Below, one piece after another: positions 1-13,716 of a DNA stretch of 64,000 nt. This stretch comes from Chiloscyllium plagiosum (taxonomy: Eukaryota): assembly GCF_004010195.1 (NCBI RefSeq), contig NC_057733.1, forward strand, positions 25,214,812 to 25,278,811, written 5' to 3'. The notes under the pieces were generated by a model. The model searched no databases. It was not told where the DNA came from and saw nothing but the letters and a program-made list of their open reading frames with translations. The translations under genes and the position numbers were made by a program. The first letter of the stretch is position 1, and the number at the start of each line of letters is the position of its first letter.

Positions 1-23
1 TCCTTGACCATATTCATCACATG

Positions 24-691
24 TGTTATGGACTAAGCCAGACCAATCAAAACATTCTTAAGCAGTCAGCTCAGACTATAACTGTGCAATTTGTTTTGGT
101 AAGTGTACAGTGAAATTTACCTGAATTACGTTAGCTAGGTTGGCTACTAGATTTTAAAACAGACAATAATTTATTCTCAAAATTACACAATGAAACTCAA
201 AGAACAGAATAAAGAACCCCAACAGAACTCAGCCTATCCAACTAAAGTTAATTATGTTGTTCTGAATATACGCAACAGTCCAAATTAACAAACTCCTTTT
301 AAAAACCAGTATAAATGGAACACATGCTTAGAGATTGAAGTTGAAGGGCAAAGAGAGAGAGAGAGACAGACAGAGACAGAGAGTTTCCACACAACTCCCT
401 GTTGAACTTCCAATCAGTTCAAGACTGAACTAAAACTGCTCAGCTCAGCAAGAGAGTTGACCACTCCCCTTTCCTCATACAGGTCACTTCTAAAGCATGA
501 CCACTTTGGCCTGAAGTCTCTTTTGTTTACATAAAAACAAAATGCCTCTCAAAATCCTTTTAATCTCTGTACTAAACCAGACTAAGTTGAGCCTGGCTGG
601 GTCTATTACCCCTCTGAAGGAAAATCAAGGACAGAGTGCCCTTGAGCCAAGGAACAGCTTTTAGGAAAAAAAAGGGACTAGCTTTGTGACA
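24..691 (-). mobile_element. Solo LTR (Gypsy/ERV-like)
   Basis: TGTTA...TGACA termini, 4-bp TSD CATG (20-23 and 692-695), AATAAA on the minus strand; related copies at 33071-33645 and 62551-63095. Confidence 0.8.
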
Positions 692-2049
692 CATGGCAAG
701 CCTTAATCATTAATTGAACTGGTGTTTTTAAACTCATGTTTACCACTAAGCTATGTCCACATCAGAAAATAAAATGTTAATGTAACATCATCTAAATTAA
801 TACTAACATGGTATTATCTATTTTCTAGTTGGGATTACATCTACATTTTTTGTTTGTATGTAGGGTAGAAACTATGTCAGAATAATGATCCCATTTAGTA
901 TGGTGCAGTTTGTAAAAGGTTACATGTTTTATTTGGTTTAAGAATCAAGCGATTATTTTATTTGTTTTTAAAACTAAATTAAGCAACCTAATAATTCTAT
1001 TTATTGCATCATATTAAATTAGTGAGCCTTTAACTTGTCTGTTCATAATTGTCATATAATGAGCTTATCTTTACTGATACGGAAAATAAACAAGTTAACA
1101 AAGAAGCTGTTCACACCTATTAGCTATAACGCTCGAATTTCACTTTAGTTTAGGATTTTAGGTTCTTTGTTCCACCTGCATGTTTCCATAAGATAATACC
1201 ACCTTTAAAACCATTCAAAAGTTGTAGTTTATTCCCTGTATGGCTTTGGGCAGTCTGACATTTGGTAATTATAGATGCTAATCATTTATGATAGACGTAC
1301 TTTCCCCTTATCAGATTATCTGTTCTTGGTCTGTTTTTATATTTAACTTTTATTTAACTTGTGTTTTTCCAGTTCTTGAGATAGTGGTTAGTGCCTGAAA
1401 CTATTTTTACATTTCGTTTTTTTTCATGTTTTTGTTCCATTGCATGTAGTTTAAATCATCTTATAAATATTTCAGAGATATTGAGAAGAAATCAGAGTAT
1501 TTCCATTTGTAGAATGACACCAGTGTTGCTTGCATATGTCAATAACTTACTTCTGAAGATGTTAGATAGCCAAAATCATTGATTCCTTTTAATATCCAAA
1601 AAACAAATCATTAGCTTGGTCGAGAATTTATCACTTTTTACGTGTACCTTCATCACTGAGTTAAAAGGTAACTTAAGTATTTTGCTTTAGCTATATGCCA
1701 CCCGTCATTTTGGGGAAGCTTCCATAAATACATTGGAACAGTAAAGATTGTCACATGTGGCTTCTGTGCCAGAGGATCATGATTTAAGTCCTCCCCAGAG
1801 ACTTAAGCACATGATCTAGGCTGATACTTCAGCGGAGTTCTGTGACAGTGAAACAGGACATGGTCCCAGAGGCTGCTTTCTCATTAGGCAGAGATGACTG
1901 GTGGTGAGTTTAATCTGAGGGTCACCACACCTTAGTCAAGATTGAAAAGGTAGGGTCTTCATGATGACTGGAACTAGATCCAGCACTGGAACCTCTCATA
2001 CTGGTTTCACTCCATATTGCAGAGTAGTTTGTGCCAAAATTGCGCCAAA

Positions 2050-3790
2050 ATTTCTTGGCAACAAGAAATGCTGAGTAGCTAATCAAACTTGGTCTTCTCT
2101 GGAGTTTCCCAACATCACGATGTCAGCCTTCAGCCAATTCAAATCATTTTGTGTGAGATCAAAAAACAGATGAAGGCACAGGATACTGTGAAGGCTAAGG
2201 GCCCTTATAATCTTCCAGCAATAGTACTGAAGACATGTTCTCCAAAAATAGCTGTACCCTTAGCCGAGCAACTGCAACATGATATCTACCCAACCACAAG
2301 GAAAGTTGTTGTGATACGAGCTGTCTACAAAAAGCAGAACAAATCAAACCGAGTCAATTTTTGCCCACCAGTCTATTCTTGATCGATAGTAAAGTGATGG
2401 ATCAGGCCATCAAATGACTATCATGTGACACTCATACATGAATAATCTTCTCAGTGACACTCAGTTTGGATTTTGCCAGGGCCACTCAGCTTCTGACCTC
2501 AATACAGGCTTGGATCTGAACAAAACATGAACAAGAGAACTGGATTCCAATGGTGAGATGACAGCCTTTCACATTAAGGAACAGATGGCTGAGTATGGTA
2601 TTAAGTGAGTATGGATTCTATGGGAGTGAATTGGAAAATTCTGTGCTGATTGGCATCATGCCCAGCACAACAGAAGCTGGTTGGGGATTGTTGGAAGTCA
2701 ATTGTCTCAGTCTAATGACGACCCTGCATGACATCCTTAAGGTAGTGACCTTGGCCCAACCATTTTCAGCTACTTCATCAATTACCTTCTCTCCTTCTTC
2801 TGGTCAGCTGTGGAGAGGTTCACTGATGATTACACAGTGTTCAGCACCAATTATGGCCCCTGAGATACTGATGAAGTCCATCACCATGAGCAACATCCAG
2901 GTTTGGGGTTGATGAGGTGAAAGTAGCATTTGATCTATTACTGCAACCTCCAATACCTACATTCTGAGAGCATTCCTGTAATTTTCTTTCCGACTGCATG
3001 TCCCATTGAGCTCCATGACTGACAGCAACTTCTAGAGCTGGAAGCCAGTGCCACAATTGATGTGTTGACACACTGATTGCCATGCAAGGAACCTTAGACA
3101 GTCTACACATGCACAGTGATGTAACTTAGAGGCATAATTGTCTGGGAACTGCCACTTAACAGAAACTGAACTGTACCAGGTACATTGACATTATGGCTAC
3201 AAGAGCACATCAGAGCCTAGGAATCCTGCACAGAGTCGTTCACCTCCTGTTTCTCCATTTCTTATCCACCATCTATAAGGCAGGAGTCAAGTGTGTGATG
3301 GCATACTCTCCACTGGGGACTTCTTCAACATTGAAGAAGCTTGACCACATTGAGAACAAAACAGCCCACTTGACCCAACGGCCAACTTTAACTATGACTC
3401 CCTTTTCCAATAACACCCAGTAGCAGCAAAGTATATCATCAAAAGTATGCATTGCATTGACTCACCAGGTTCCTTTCTCCCATACTTTTCAAATTCATGA
3501 CCCTGTCTCTAAGAAAGACAAGGGCAACATAAGCATGGGAACATCATTACCTGTTAATTTCCCAATAAGGCACAAACCATCATGACTTGGAACTATATTG
3601 CTGGTCCTACGTTGTTGCTTTGTCATAATCCTGGAACTCCCTTTCTAATAGCACTGTGGGTGTCACAACACCACAAGGACTGCAGTGATTCAAAAGGATA
3701 GCTCACCATAACTCTCTCAAGGGCAACTAGAGTTGGGCAATAAATGCTGGGCTAGCCATCATAACCACGTGCCTTTGAATAAATAAATTA
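2050..3790 (+). mobile_element. Degenerate non-LTR retrotransposon (CR1/L2 group), RT region and 3' tail
   Basis: ORF 2089-2382 KAKGPYNLPAIVLKTCSPKIAVPL is a pre-RT motif; tail GGGCAATAAATGCTGG...AATAAATAAA; same family as 42624-44990. Confidence 0.8.
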
Positions 3791-6404
3791 GAAACCTGGC
3801 AAACAGGTGAGTCATGCTTTTCTCTTCATTACCATGAGAAATTGTAGTTTGCAACCCAATATACCCATTCTCAAGATCATAAAATTCTCCAAAATGTTTG
3901 TTCTATCTATATGATAAAAGGTGTCCAAATTCAGAGTCTTCATTAATTTGTACCTTGCTTGCTTAAACAAACAATTTTGAAGTCTAATAAATCCATATTC
4001 AAAACAATTGCTTCATAGCAAGAAAACTCATAGTCTAAAGAATTTTGTACTTTGATTTATTAATTCATTTGTTCATGTGTCAGAAGTAAAATCGGAAAAA
4101 ACATTAAAAATGGAATATTTTGCCCTTTCATTGGGTCACAATTGGAAGTTTCATTAAGTTACCAGCAGATTTCTTATAGTATTACTTACAGGGGTCCAGG
4201 AGATAAAATATGCTTCTTGATGTTGAACAAACATGTTACTGCCACTTTTCTACACTTGCAATGTATAGGAAACAAAGAGGCATCATTGTTACAAATATGT
4301 TTTACTGTTCAACCAGCAAATTTACTAAATTATGCTGGAAGTAACTAAATTCATACCGTAAATCTATTGTTCTCAGTAGTTGCATTAAATAAAGAAACTG
4401 TCTTCATTCTCTCAGTACAGAAGTATTTTCTCCTCATTCATTAGCTGATGATTTGATGATGTGTTATTTAATACAATAAATTGTACAATTGTCCCACCAT
4501 CAGGTCTTCAGAAACCAGAATCTGAAGAAATCAGCTAATAGTCTGAGTGTGAGTGACAAACTGGTTTCAACTGCACTGTATGAGGTCAACAGCTCATCAA
4601 CATCTTGCAATCTCATGGTACACCTAAGTCGCCATCAGCAGAACTAAAAGCATTTCATCCCACATAAAACTATTGGAGCAGAGGTTTATTTATTGGTATA
4701 AACTGTTCAAAATATTGATTGGAAATGAATCCTTCTTTCCCACCCCTCAAATGTGTGTATAGTGTATACTCTGACTGTTATGATATAATGGATGTTATTA
4801 CTGGATAAGTCAGATTCCCAAATAAAATCTGGCTTGATAGATCATATGCTGTTCTTTTTTAACAAGGCAGTCTTTCATTGAAGTGCAAGCAAAGTTGCAG
4901 GTTTGATTATAAAAATAAAGGTAATGTATTGCATCAAAGGAATAAATATGAAATTTTAAAAGTATGTTATCTAAATATTGTACAATTCGAAAGATTTCAA
5001 AATACACAGCCAAATAAAATCCCATCTATTGCCCAATATCATCATTTTACAGTTACTCAAAACCAGCGAAACGTTCCTTCTCAAATTGAATCTGTAAATT
5101 TGATGTTACTGCTTTTTTCCCCGACCTGTGAAACATTTTCCCTAGTATATTCTTGCAAACGTGCAGAGTTCCAACCAAATAATCCTGGACTGGAAGATTC
5201 ACTTGCTAAACTCAATCCATTGATAACATTCTCTTAACTGTTATGAACAATCTCCCTTGTAGGAGAAACTATTCTTGCATCTGATCCAATTAGGTCTCTT
5301 TAAAATTACCTAAAAGCTTTTCAATCTCTGGGCTTCCCTAAACTAAAATTAATTCATAAACTACCACAACATAAGCAAACTTCCATTAATGCTCCAGGAG
5401 GCACAAAATGATATAAAATCATTGCTCTGGAAAGACTACCCCTCAAAAAAAGGCCAACACACACATGCCACTAGTTTGAAGTCCAAACTCGAAAACAATA
5501 CACACATATATAAATAAATCATACACCTCTCACCACAGTACATGATTATTTAGCTGTTAATGTATGCTCTGGTATGGTAGTTAACAGAACTAGAATAAAG
5601 CCATAATTTCTTATGTTTCAGAATTCCAATCCCTGCCCATGTAATTACTCCTCCAAATTTGGCTGGTGCTGTTCAATCACTTTAAGAGCTCTTGCTCCTG
5701 AGGCCAATGTTTGAAACTGTTTCCAATACTTGGAGGGATAGGTGCATGGGCTAATCTGTAAAGTGCTGAGTCGGTGGACTGTGTGTCCTCAGATTGCAAT
5801 AAATTTTTTGAGGGTACTCTTGTTGATGTCAGCAATGAGAAAGCATCCCATTAAATCCTTGGGCTTGTGCCTTGTGGATAGTGGAGCATTTTTTGTGGTG
5901 TTGGAAGGTGAGATAATAATTCCTGTAATAATCCAGTCTTTGACATTTGATCGGTTTTGATTTGGAAAGACTCAGCAAGTCAAGCAGCAACTCTAGGGAG
6001 AAACAAAGTTCACATTCCAGATCGATGATCTTGTGTCGGTTCTAATAATAAAGGTGCCCCGACGCTCCCCTTTCAAGAGCTCATGCCCACCCATGGAAAG
6101 TGTATCTTTAATGACGTTTACAGTAGACTAGGACATTGGTTGAAGGAAACTCTCCCTAGCTCTCTACATGGTTGTGAGTGTGCTGCTGGGCACAGTGAAT
6201 GTCTGAAAATGAACTTGGTGGGAGTGTACATATGTAGAGGAACCCATTTATTCCCCCATCCATTGAAATAGATTGTGGTTTATTTAACAGGCATGTTTAC
6301 TGAGCTATTCAATTTTCTGATGTTTAATGTAGCCAGATTCAGTGTTTCTGTGTGCAAGTTCAAAATGAGGACTGCAACACACCCCACTTCCCTTAACCAA
6401 CTCT

Positions 6405-6870
6405 TAGGGTGGAAAGGTTGGAGGGTTTGAGCAATAGGGAGAGGCTGAACAGGCTGGGACTGTTTTCCCTGGAGCGTCAGAGGCTGAGGGGTGACCTTAT
6501 ACAGGTTTATAAAATCATGAAGGGCATGGATAGGATAAATAGACAATACCTTTTCCCTGGAGTGGAGGAATCCAGAACTAGAGGGCATAGTTTTAGGGTG
6601 AGAGGTGAAAAATTTAAAAGTGACCTAAGCGGCAACTTTTTCACGTAGAGGGAGGTGCATGTATGGAATGAGCTGCCAGGGGAAGTGGTGGAGGCTGGTA
6701 CAATTGCAACATTTAAAAGGCATTTGGATGGGTATATGAATAGAAAGGGTTTAGAGAGTTATGGGGCAAGTGCAGGTAAATGGGACTAGATTAATTTAGG
6801 ATATCTGTTTGGCATGGACAAATTGGTAACAAGGCTCTGTTTCCACACTGTACATCTCTATGACTCCATA
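6405..6870 (+). mobile_element. CR1/HER1 LINE 3' fragment
   Basis: ERLNRLGLFSLERQRLRGDLIQVYKIM C-terminus of ORF2 plus CTCTATGACTC tail. Confidence 0.9.
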
Positions 6871-6879
6871 ACTGTAAGA

Positions 6880-7820
6880 TTATTCTGAGAAATGCAACTT
6901 CTGGGGCGTTTAGCTTGTGGTGAGTTTGCTGCGATCTCGTGATGGAATAAGCACGAGTGGTCAATATTCACGCATTGATCTGCTTCTGACACATGCAAGT
7001 GCAACTAGTGTTTGACGAAATGATTGCATCTCAGTTTGTTTTATAATGAAACTGAAACTCTGGTTAAGAGGGATTGAAAAAGGGTTGGCAGGCAGGAACA
7101 GAGTCCGAACATTGAAGTATTGAGAAGAACGATACCAGTAGTTGTTTTGTGTGGGAGGAAATTGATTATGATGGCAAGACAAGGCAAAACTTAAATGAGA
7201 TCGACGCATCGTCAGCAGAAATGCTCCCAGTTACAATTGACATGTATTGAGGGCTGTAGTCAAGACTGATCTCTACGCTGATAGCAAAGAGTCGACAATG
7301 GCAACATAACAAAAGGTGAAATGATCTCCAATTTACAATAGATTAGGGCATTGCTTTTGTTTTAGTTCGCAAGATTTAATAAGCTTTTCAAATCCTGCCT
7401 TACTGCCACTTGTTTTGCTTTCACTGCTGGTCGTAGTCCGTGGAGGTATTTGTTTTTGCGTTTCAAACATCTGAACCTGGTTGTATTTCTCAACGAAAGG
7501 AAATGTTCATCAAACATCAGATACAAAGAGCAGTGTGTGTACGCGTGTGCGTGAGAGAGAGAGTGTTGGGGGGTGTCCGTCTCTGGGTTAGGGAGTTTGT
7601 CTGTTTGTGTACGGTGTGTGTGTCTCTGTCAGTGTGTGTGTCCGAGTATTTCCAACGGACCGGTTTATCTGTCTTTCACAAGTTAGAGTCACTGCTTTAG
7701 AAAATGTTAGCTATAGCTTTGAATCTTTTGCTTACCAACGTTCAGTAACAAACTGAAACGCTTTGTCTTTCTGTAGGTAATGTCAGATGCCTCTATAGCA
7801 TTTCCATCTTTCACTTCTCT
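6880..7820 (+). promoter_or_regulatory. Putative promoter/first-exon region of gene A with GAS and ISRE/IRF motifs
   Basis: Local CpG enrichment; TTCTGAGAA 6883-6891; GAAACTGAAACT 7048-7059; further IRF-like sites at 7413-7425 and 7749-7760. Confidence 0.5.
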
Positions 7821-7851
7821 TTGTGTATATCTTGCAATATTTGTTCCTTGT

Positions 7852-8822
7852 GGAGTCATAGAGTCATCGAGATGTATAGCATGGAAACAGACCCATCAGT
7901 CCACTTGTCCATGCTGACCAGATATCCCAACCCAATCTAGTCCCACCTGCCAGCACTGGCCCATATCCCTCCAAACCCTTCCTACTCAGGGACCCATCCA
8001 GATGTCCTGGAAATGTTGCAATTGTACCAGCCTCCACCACTTCCTCTGGCAGCTCATTCCATACACTCACCACCGTATGGGTGAAATAGTTGCCCCTTAG
8101 GTCTCTTTTATATCTTTCCCCTCTCACCCTAAACCTATGCCCTCTAGTTCTAGACTCCCCACCCCAGGGAAAAGACTTTGTCTATTTATCCTATCCATGC
8201 CCCTCATGATTTTGTAAACCTCTATAGGGTCACCCCTCAGCCTCAGCTCCAGGTAAAACAGCCCCAGCCTATTCAACCTCTCCCTATAGCTTAAATCCTC
8301 CAACCCTGACAACATCCTTGTAAATCTTTTCGGAACCCTTTCAAGTTTCCAAATATCTTTCCGATAGGACGGAGACCAGAATTGCATGCGATATTCCAAA
8401 AGTGGCCTAACCAATGTCCTGTACAGCCGAAACATGATCTCCCAACTCCTGTACTCAATACTCTGACCAATAAAGGAAAGCATACCAAATGCCTTCTTCA
8501 CTATCCTATCTACCCCGCAACTCCACTTTCAAGGAGCTATGAACCTGCACTCCAAGTCTCTTTGTTCAGCAACACTCCCTAGAACCTTACCATTAAGTGT
8601 ATAAGTCCTGTTAAGATTTGCTTTCCCAAAATGCAGCTCCTCGCATTTATCTGAATTAAACTCCACCGCCACTTCTCAACCCATTGGCCCATCTGATCAT
8701 GATCCCGTTGTGATCTGAGATAACCTTCTTCGCTGTCCACTACACCTCCAATTTTGGTGTCACCTGCAAGCTTACTAACTATATCTCTTATGCTCATATC
8801 CAAATCATTTATATAAATGATG
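7852..8822 (-). mobile_element. CR1/HER1 LINE 3' fragment
   Basis: Minus-strand ORFs with KLAGDTKIGG, LYRTLVRPLLEY and RLRGDPIEVYKIM. Confidence 0.92.
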
Positions 8823-10304
8823 ATTGATTAGTGATTGAGCACCTACTGAAATCCAAAAGATTCACAATCCTAAGTGCGGCTATTTCTCCTCATCTCATTC
8901 CTAAAGAACCATCTGAGTACCTTGAGATGATTTCCCAGCCAAGGCAAGCAAACTCTTGGCATCCATCATGTCAAGTGCTCTCAACCTTATATGTTCCAGT
9001 GAGATCATCTTTCTTACTTCAGAGGATAAAGGCCCTTTTGCCTGAGTAACAGTCAATTTTATTCATATTAACTCTACTTTTAACCTGTAACCTAATGAAT
9101 TTTAAAAGCTTGAAACTATATATAGTGGGGACAGAGAGGATTGGGACTTTGCATCTTACTGGTATTGGGGTTAATGTTTGTTTTTTGCGAAGGAGCCTCC
9201 AGCCACCAGCCATGTCACCCTCCTTTATCTTCCTATTGTTGGGTTGGGCTATCATTGAGATTAACACTGTCCCACTGCCCATACCTTTATTCTTCTCATC
9301 TCCCTGCAGGGAAAAGAAAGAAGACAAAGCAAGGCAATAAAAAGTGAAGAAAGCTCTTGAAAATTCCTCTCCTTACCCATAACAGGCATAGCGGGTGGAG
9401 GGTGGGAATGAGTGGGAGGGAGGGGGGAGTGTGGTGTGGAAGAGGAGAACCAAAACCCATCTGGAGATACAAAGTGTCCCATCAGTCCATATTTCCCAGG
9501 ACTATTGGTGTCAGCTTATTCTCCAATCCTGCCAAACTGGGACAATGCTAAGTATCAGCAAGTGACCCAGACTTCCAGGCTCAGAGGTCTTGTGAGTGGA
9601 GCAACACAGCAGACTTGGGAGAAGGAGAGAGATGGGAGGACCATTTGGAACAATGGATGCTTTCAAATAAATTTGATGGAGAACTGTTCATCACATCATG
9701 TTTTATTTACCTGTAGCAGTTCTTATGAATTTAGATGTAAAAAAGTCAGAATAAGAGTTAGACCATTCAGCATCTAATTGGATCTCATTGGATCAGAACT
9801 GATCCATGTCTTAACTTCATACATTGTAATCCATTCAGATTCCATAACCCTTCATAAGCTTTACTGACAAAAACCTACTAATTTGAAATCTTGAAGGGAA
9901 TGCAATGACTATTAAGCAGATTGATGCCTGGCCTCCAGGGGTTAAGTTATGAGGCAAGGGTTCAAAAGCTAAGCTCGTGTTCCCTGCAGTTTAAAAGGTT
10001 AAGGGGAGATTTTACAAAATATTATGGTTAACAGTTATAACAGGAATGTTTCCCTGTAATATTCGAAGCAGCATTACGTTATTTCGTTTAAACAATTGAA
10101 ATCAAAGGGATGTTATATATTTACATTTAGTGCCCCATGATGTAATTTGAAACCCCATGAGCCTCATTTAAAAATAAGAAAGAGTCCATTTCCCACAAGG
10201 GAGTATATAATAAAATCATTGTGGTTTCTTTTCTCAGAGACATCCAATCTGTGTTTCTGAGTAGCAGTCTCTTATTTTAACAATAATAATTGGTGATTTA
10301 TTTG

Positions 10305-11445
10305 GTCATAGAGCCACAGAGATATACAGCACGGAAACAGACCCTTTGCTGTAACTCATCCATGCAATCCAGATATCCTGAATAAATCTAGTCCCATTTG
10401 CCAGCATTTGGCCTATATCCCTCTAAACACTTTCTACGATATATCCAGATACCTTTTAAATGTTGTAATCATACCAGCCTCCACCACTTCCTCTGGCAGC
10501 TCATTCCATACACGTACCTTAGGTCCCTTTTATATCTTCCCCTTCTCACCTTAAACCTATGCCATCTAGCTTTGTACTCCCCCACCCCAGGGAAAAGACT
10601 TTGCCTGTTTATCCTATCCATGCTCCTCATGATTTTATAAACCTCTATAAGGTCACCCCTCAGCCTCCAGAGAAAATAACCCCAGCCTATGCAGCTCTCC
10701 TTGCAGCTCAAACCTTCCAACCCTGGCAACATCCTTGTAAATCTTTCTGAACTCTTTCAAACTTCACAACATCCATCCTATAGTAGGGAGACCAGAATTG
10801 CACACAAAAGTGACCGAACCAATGTCCTGTACAGCCGCAACATGACGTCCCAATTCCTATACTAAATGCACTGAGCAGTAAAGGAAGCATATCAATGCCT
10901 TCTTCACTATCCTATCGACCTGCGATTCCACTTTCAAGGAGCTATGAACCTGCACTCCAAGGAGAAAGTGAGGACTGCAGATGCTGGAGATCAGAGTCAA
11001 GAATGTGGTGCTGGAAAAGCACAGCAGGTCAGGCAGCATCCAAGAGAGTTAACGTTTTGGGCTTAAGATCTTGATCAATTCCTGATGAAGAGCTTAAGCT
11101 TGAAACGTTGATTCACCTGCTCCTCGGATGCTGCCTGACCTGCTGCTCTTTTCCAGCATCGCACTCTTGACCTGCACTCCAAGATCACTTTGTTCAGTAA
11201 CATTCAAAGGACCATTCCATTAAGTTTATAAGTCCTACCCTAAGATGCCTCTCCAAAATGCAGCTCCTCACATTTATTTAAATTAAACTCCATCTGCCAC
11301 TCCTCCCATTTAAATGGCCCATCTGACCAAGATCCCACTGTACTCTGAGGTAGCTTTCTTCGCTGAACACTCTACCTCCAAGTTTGGTCTCATCTACAAA
11401 CTTACTAACCATACCTCCTTTGTTCACATCTAAATCATTTATATG
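10305..11445 (-). mobile_element. CR1/HER1 LINE fragment interrupted by a Penelope fold-back insertion
   Basis: RT C-terminal motifs on the minus strand on both sides of 10962-11169. Confidence 0.9.
10962..11169. mobile_element. Penelope-derived fold-back element with hammerhead core
   Basis: Inverted arms; 14-bp TSD ACCTGCACTCCAAG at 10948-10961 and 11170-11183; CTGATGA...GAAACGTT at 11082-11109. Confidence 0.8.
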
Positions 11446-12139
11446 GTCAAAAAGTCTTATACTGTTAAAACTGTTCTGATTGTAGTGAGCACTCAAATGT
11501 ACTTTTTTATAACCATTAGTTATCGATTTTATACTTTTTAAAATATTCATTAGTTAACTATTATCATGTTCATTAATATTTGGGTTTTAATTATACACAC
11601 TTTCTTGTGAACGCCAATACTTATTTATCAACTTAATCCAAAAGTCTGCACCATGTTTCTCCTGAATCATATGAACACATCATCAAACACATCTTCAAAG
11701 TGGCCTTAAGTATCAGATCTGGGTTGATTTTTCTCCCATGTGAATACTTACGCCATTGCTGAATTTTCTCCCATATGAATAGTTCCACCAAGAACATGTT
11801 TACCAACTTAGCTGCGCACAACCTATCCTGGGTCTCTCTTTGTAAGCATGCATGTCTCAGACTTTTGTACAGGCGTATCTGTTCAGATTGCAGCATAAGC
11901 CCAAATGTAGAGACCACTTTGTTCAGAGCATAGTTTAACTATCTATGCATATGCAGCAAACAATATAAGTACCTGTATGTAGATTTCTTTTGTGCAAAAT
12001 GGTAGCTCCCAGTCTTAAATAATAATGCCACAGCATCCGAGTACAGAAACAAACTGTTTCCAACAGTAATTGCATTCAAGTAATGTTACTTGTTTTGTAC
12101 AAATATTTTAAACAGGTTCCTTAAAGTCCTAAGAGAAGG

Positions 12140-12212
12140 ATGGCCACTTACTGCTTTCCAAAACTTTTGTATATTATTGTGATTGTTTTTTGCCCATCCA
12201 CTATAACCAATA
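12140..12212 (+). CDS. Gene A exon: signal peptide (MATYCFPKLLYIIVIVFCPSTITN)
   Basis: Acceptor AACAG ending at 12115, ATG 24 nt into the exon, hydrophobic core, phase-1 donor GTAAGT at 12213. Confidence 0.8.
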
Positions 12213-12314
12213 GTAAGTATTCTTGGTGCATAATTTCTGCCATTTTTAGTATTTCACCAATATATGGTTTTACCATAAATTTTAAATGTTAACTGATATC
12301 CACATTTATTGCAG

Positions 12315-12638
12315 ATTCATTTATAACTTTGGATTGTAACAGTCCATTGACTGGAATACATAACCACCGCATTGTTTTGGTTTGTGAGTATAAGTCACAT
12401 TGGGAGAAAAATTGCAATATTAGCTGGAACTTCAATGTGAATTCTCATTCGACTGAAATCCTATGCACATCTGACAATGAAACGACTGGTCAGAAACAAA
12501 AAAGATGTGTTACAGATTACAAAAAGGTATCATTGATAATTGAGAAATCAGAAATTGTGGATGAAGGGAATTATCAGATTTTCATAAACTGTGGGCCAGG
12601 TGGCTACAAGTATAAAAACATCCAACTTTTCATTCATG
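12315..12638 (+). CDS. Gene A exon: B7-like IgV domain (atypical cysteine pattern)
   Basis: TTGCAG acceptor and GTAAGT donor, phase 1-1; VLVC, ISW, VSLII and DEGNY strand motifs. Confidence 0.88.
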
Positions 12639-13327
12639 GTAAGTAAAGAAAATCTATTTTTGGTCAACAAAACAGTACACATGATTACAATATTTAAAAG
12701 AAGACTTTTAAGATGAAAACTAATACAATTGCATCAGTAAAGAAACTATTTGCATTATTGGTCTATTCTGTGTCAATACAATCTCTTGTTCCTAAGTACT
12801 TGTGATTCATCACGGGTAACCATGCATTTACAGAATTGGCTGTAATACTGTCATCATATCATCAGCCAGAGTTCCTGCTACTTATTGTTGTCAACTGATA
12901 CTTTCTGAAAATGCACATAAGTAGGCATTGGATGAGGATGTGATTGAGCTTGGTATAATGTCTCAGTGGTTAAAGTTCCTGTCATCATTTACTTCCAGGA
13001 TTCACAAATGATAACTGCCACATTGGTTAAGGTATTTGAGAACTGCTGGCACACAATATCACCATGCTCCAGTATTAGTCACTGCTTTTATGTAAGGAGG
13101 GAAAATGTAATTGAAATGAATGATTTAAAGTTGCTCATTCAGTTTACTTAAGCAAGATTTCAAACTTGAATAATGGTATGAGTTTGGGCCAATTCAGTCG
13201 AAATAGAAGTATTGGAAAATTAATGTTTCTGACTCTAATTGGAAGATTGGTGTTGATTTTGTTTAATCCAGCTGTACAATCACAGGTTTGGAGACGAAAG
13301 TTGAAACTTGTAAAACATGTTTTTCAG

Positions 13328-13582
13328 CTCCATATACTGTTCTGCAAGTATCCAAAAGGATTGAAGGTGGTGAGAAAGGTCTCTCTTGTACTACACTTGG
13401 ATATCCATTGGCAAAACCCCACTGGGAAAATGAAAATGGCACTAACTTGGCAGCTAATTTGAGTGTAACACGAACAAAAGATAAGTTGTTCAACATCACT
13501 ACTTACATTCCAGTTAGTGGAGAACTATGCACCATAAACTATAGCTGCTCTTTATGCTATGAAAATTCATATATTTCTACAA
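13328..13582 (+). CDS. Gene A exon: B7-like IgC domain
   Basis: TTTTCAG acceptor, GTAAGT donor, phase 1-1; APY...LSC...GYP...W...KLFNIT...YSC as in PD-L1/B7-H3 C domains. Confidence 0.88.
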
Positions 13583-13716
13583 GTAAGTTTTATTTAATTT
13601 ACTTCCACTTGAAACAAAAGATTTTGCATGTTTCAGTTGTGTAAGTTGTCTAGTAGACATGTAGGAAAGAAAATATATGGACTGAGGGAAATCAAAATGC
13701 ACTAACAAACATTCAT

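Noticed and set aside
11633-11917. Minus-strand ORF with a GTAAGT donor antisense to gene A
   Set aside because: No recognisable protein similarity and no partner exons
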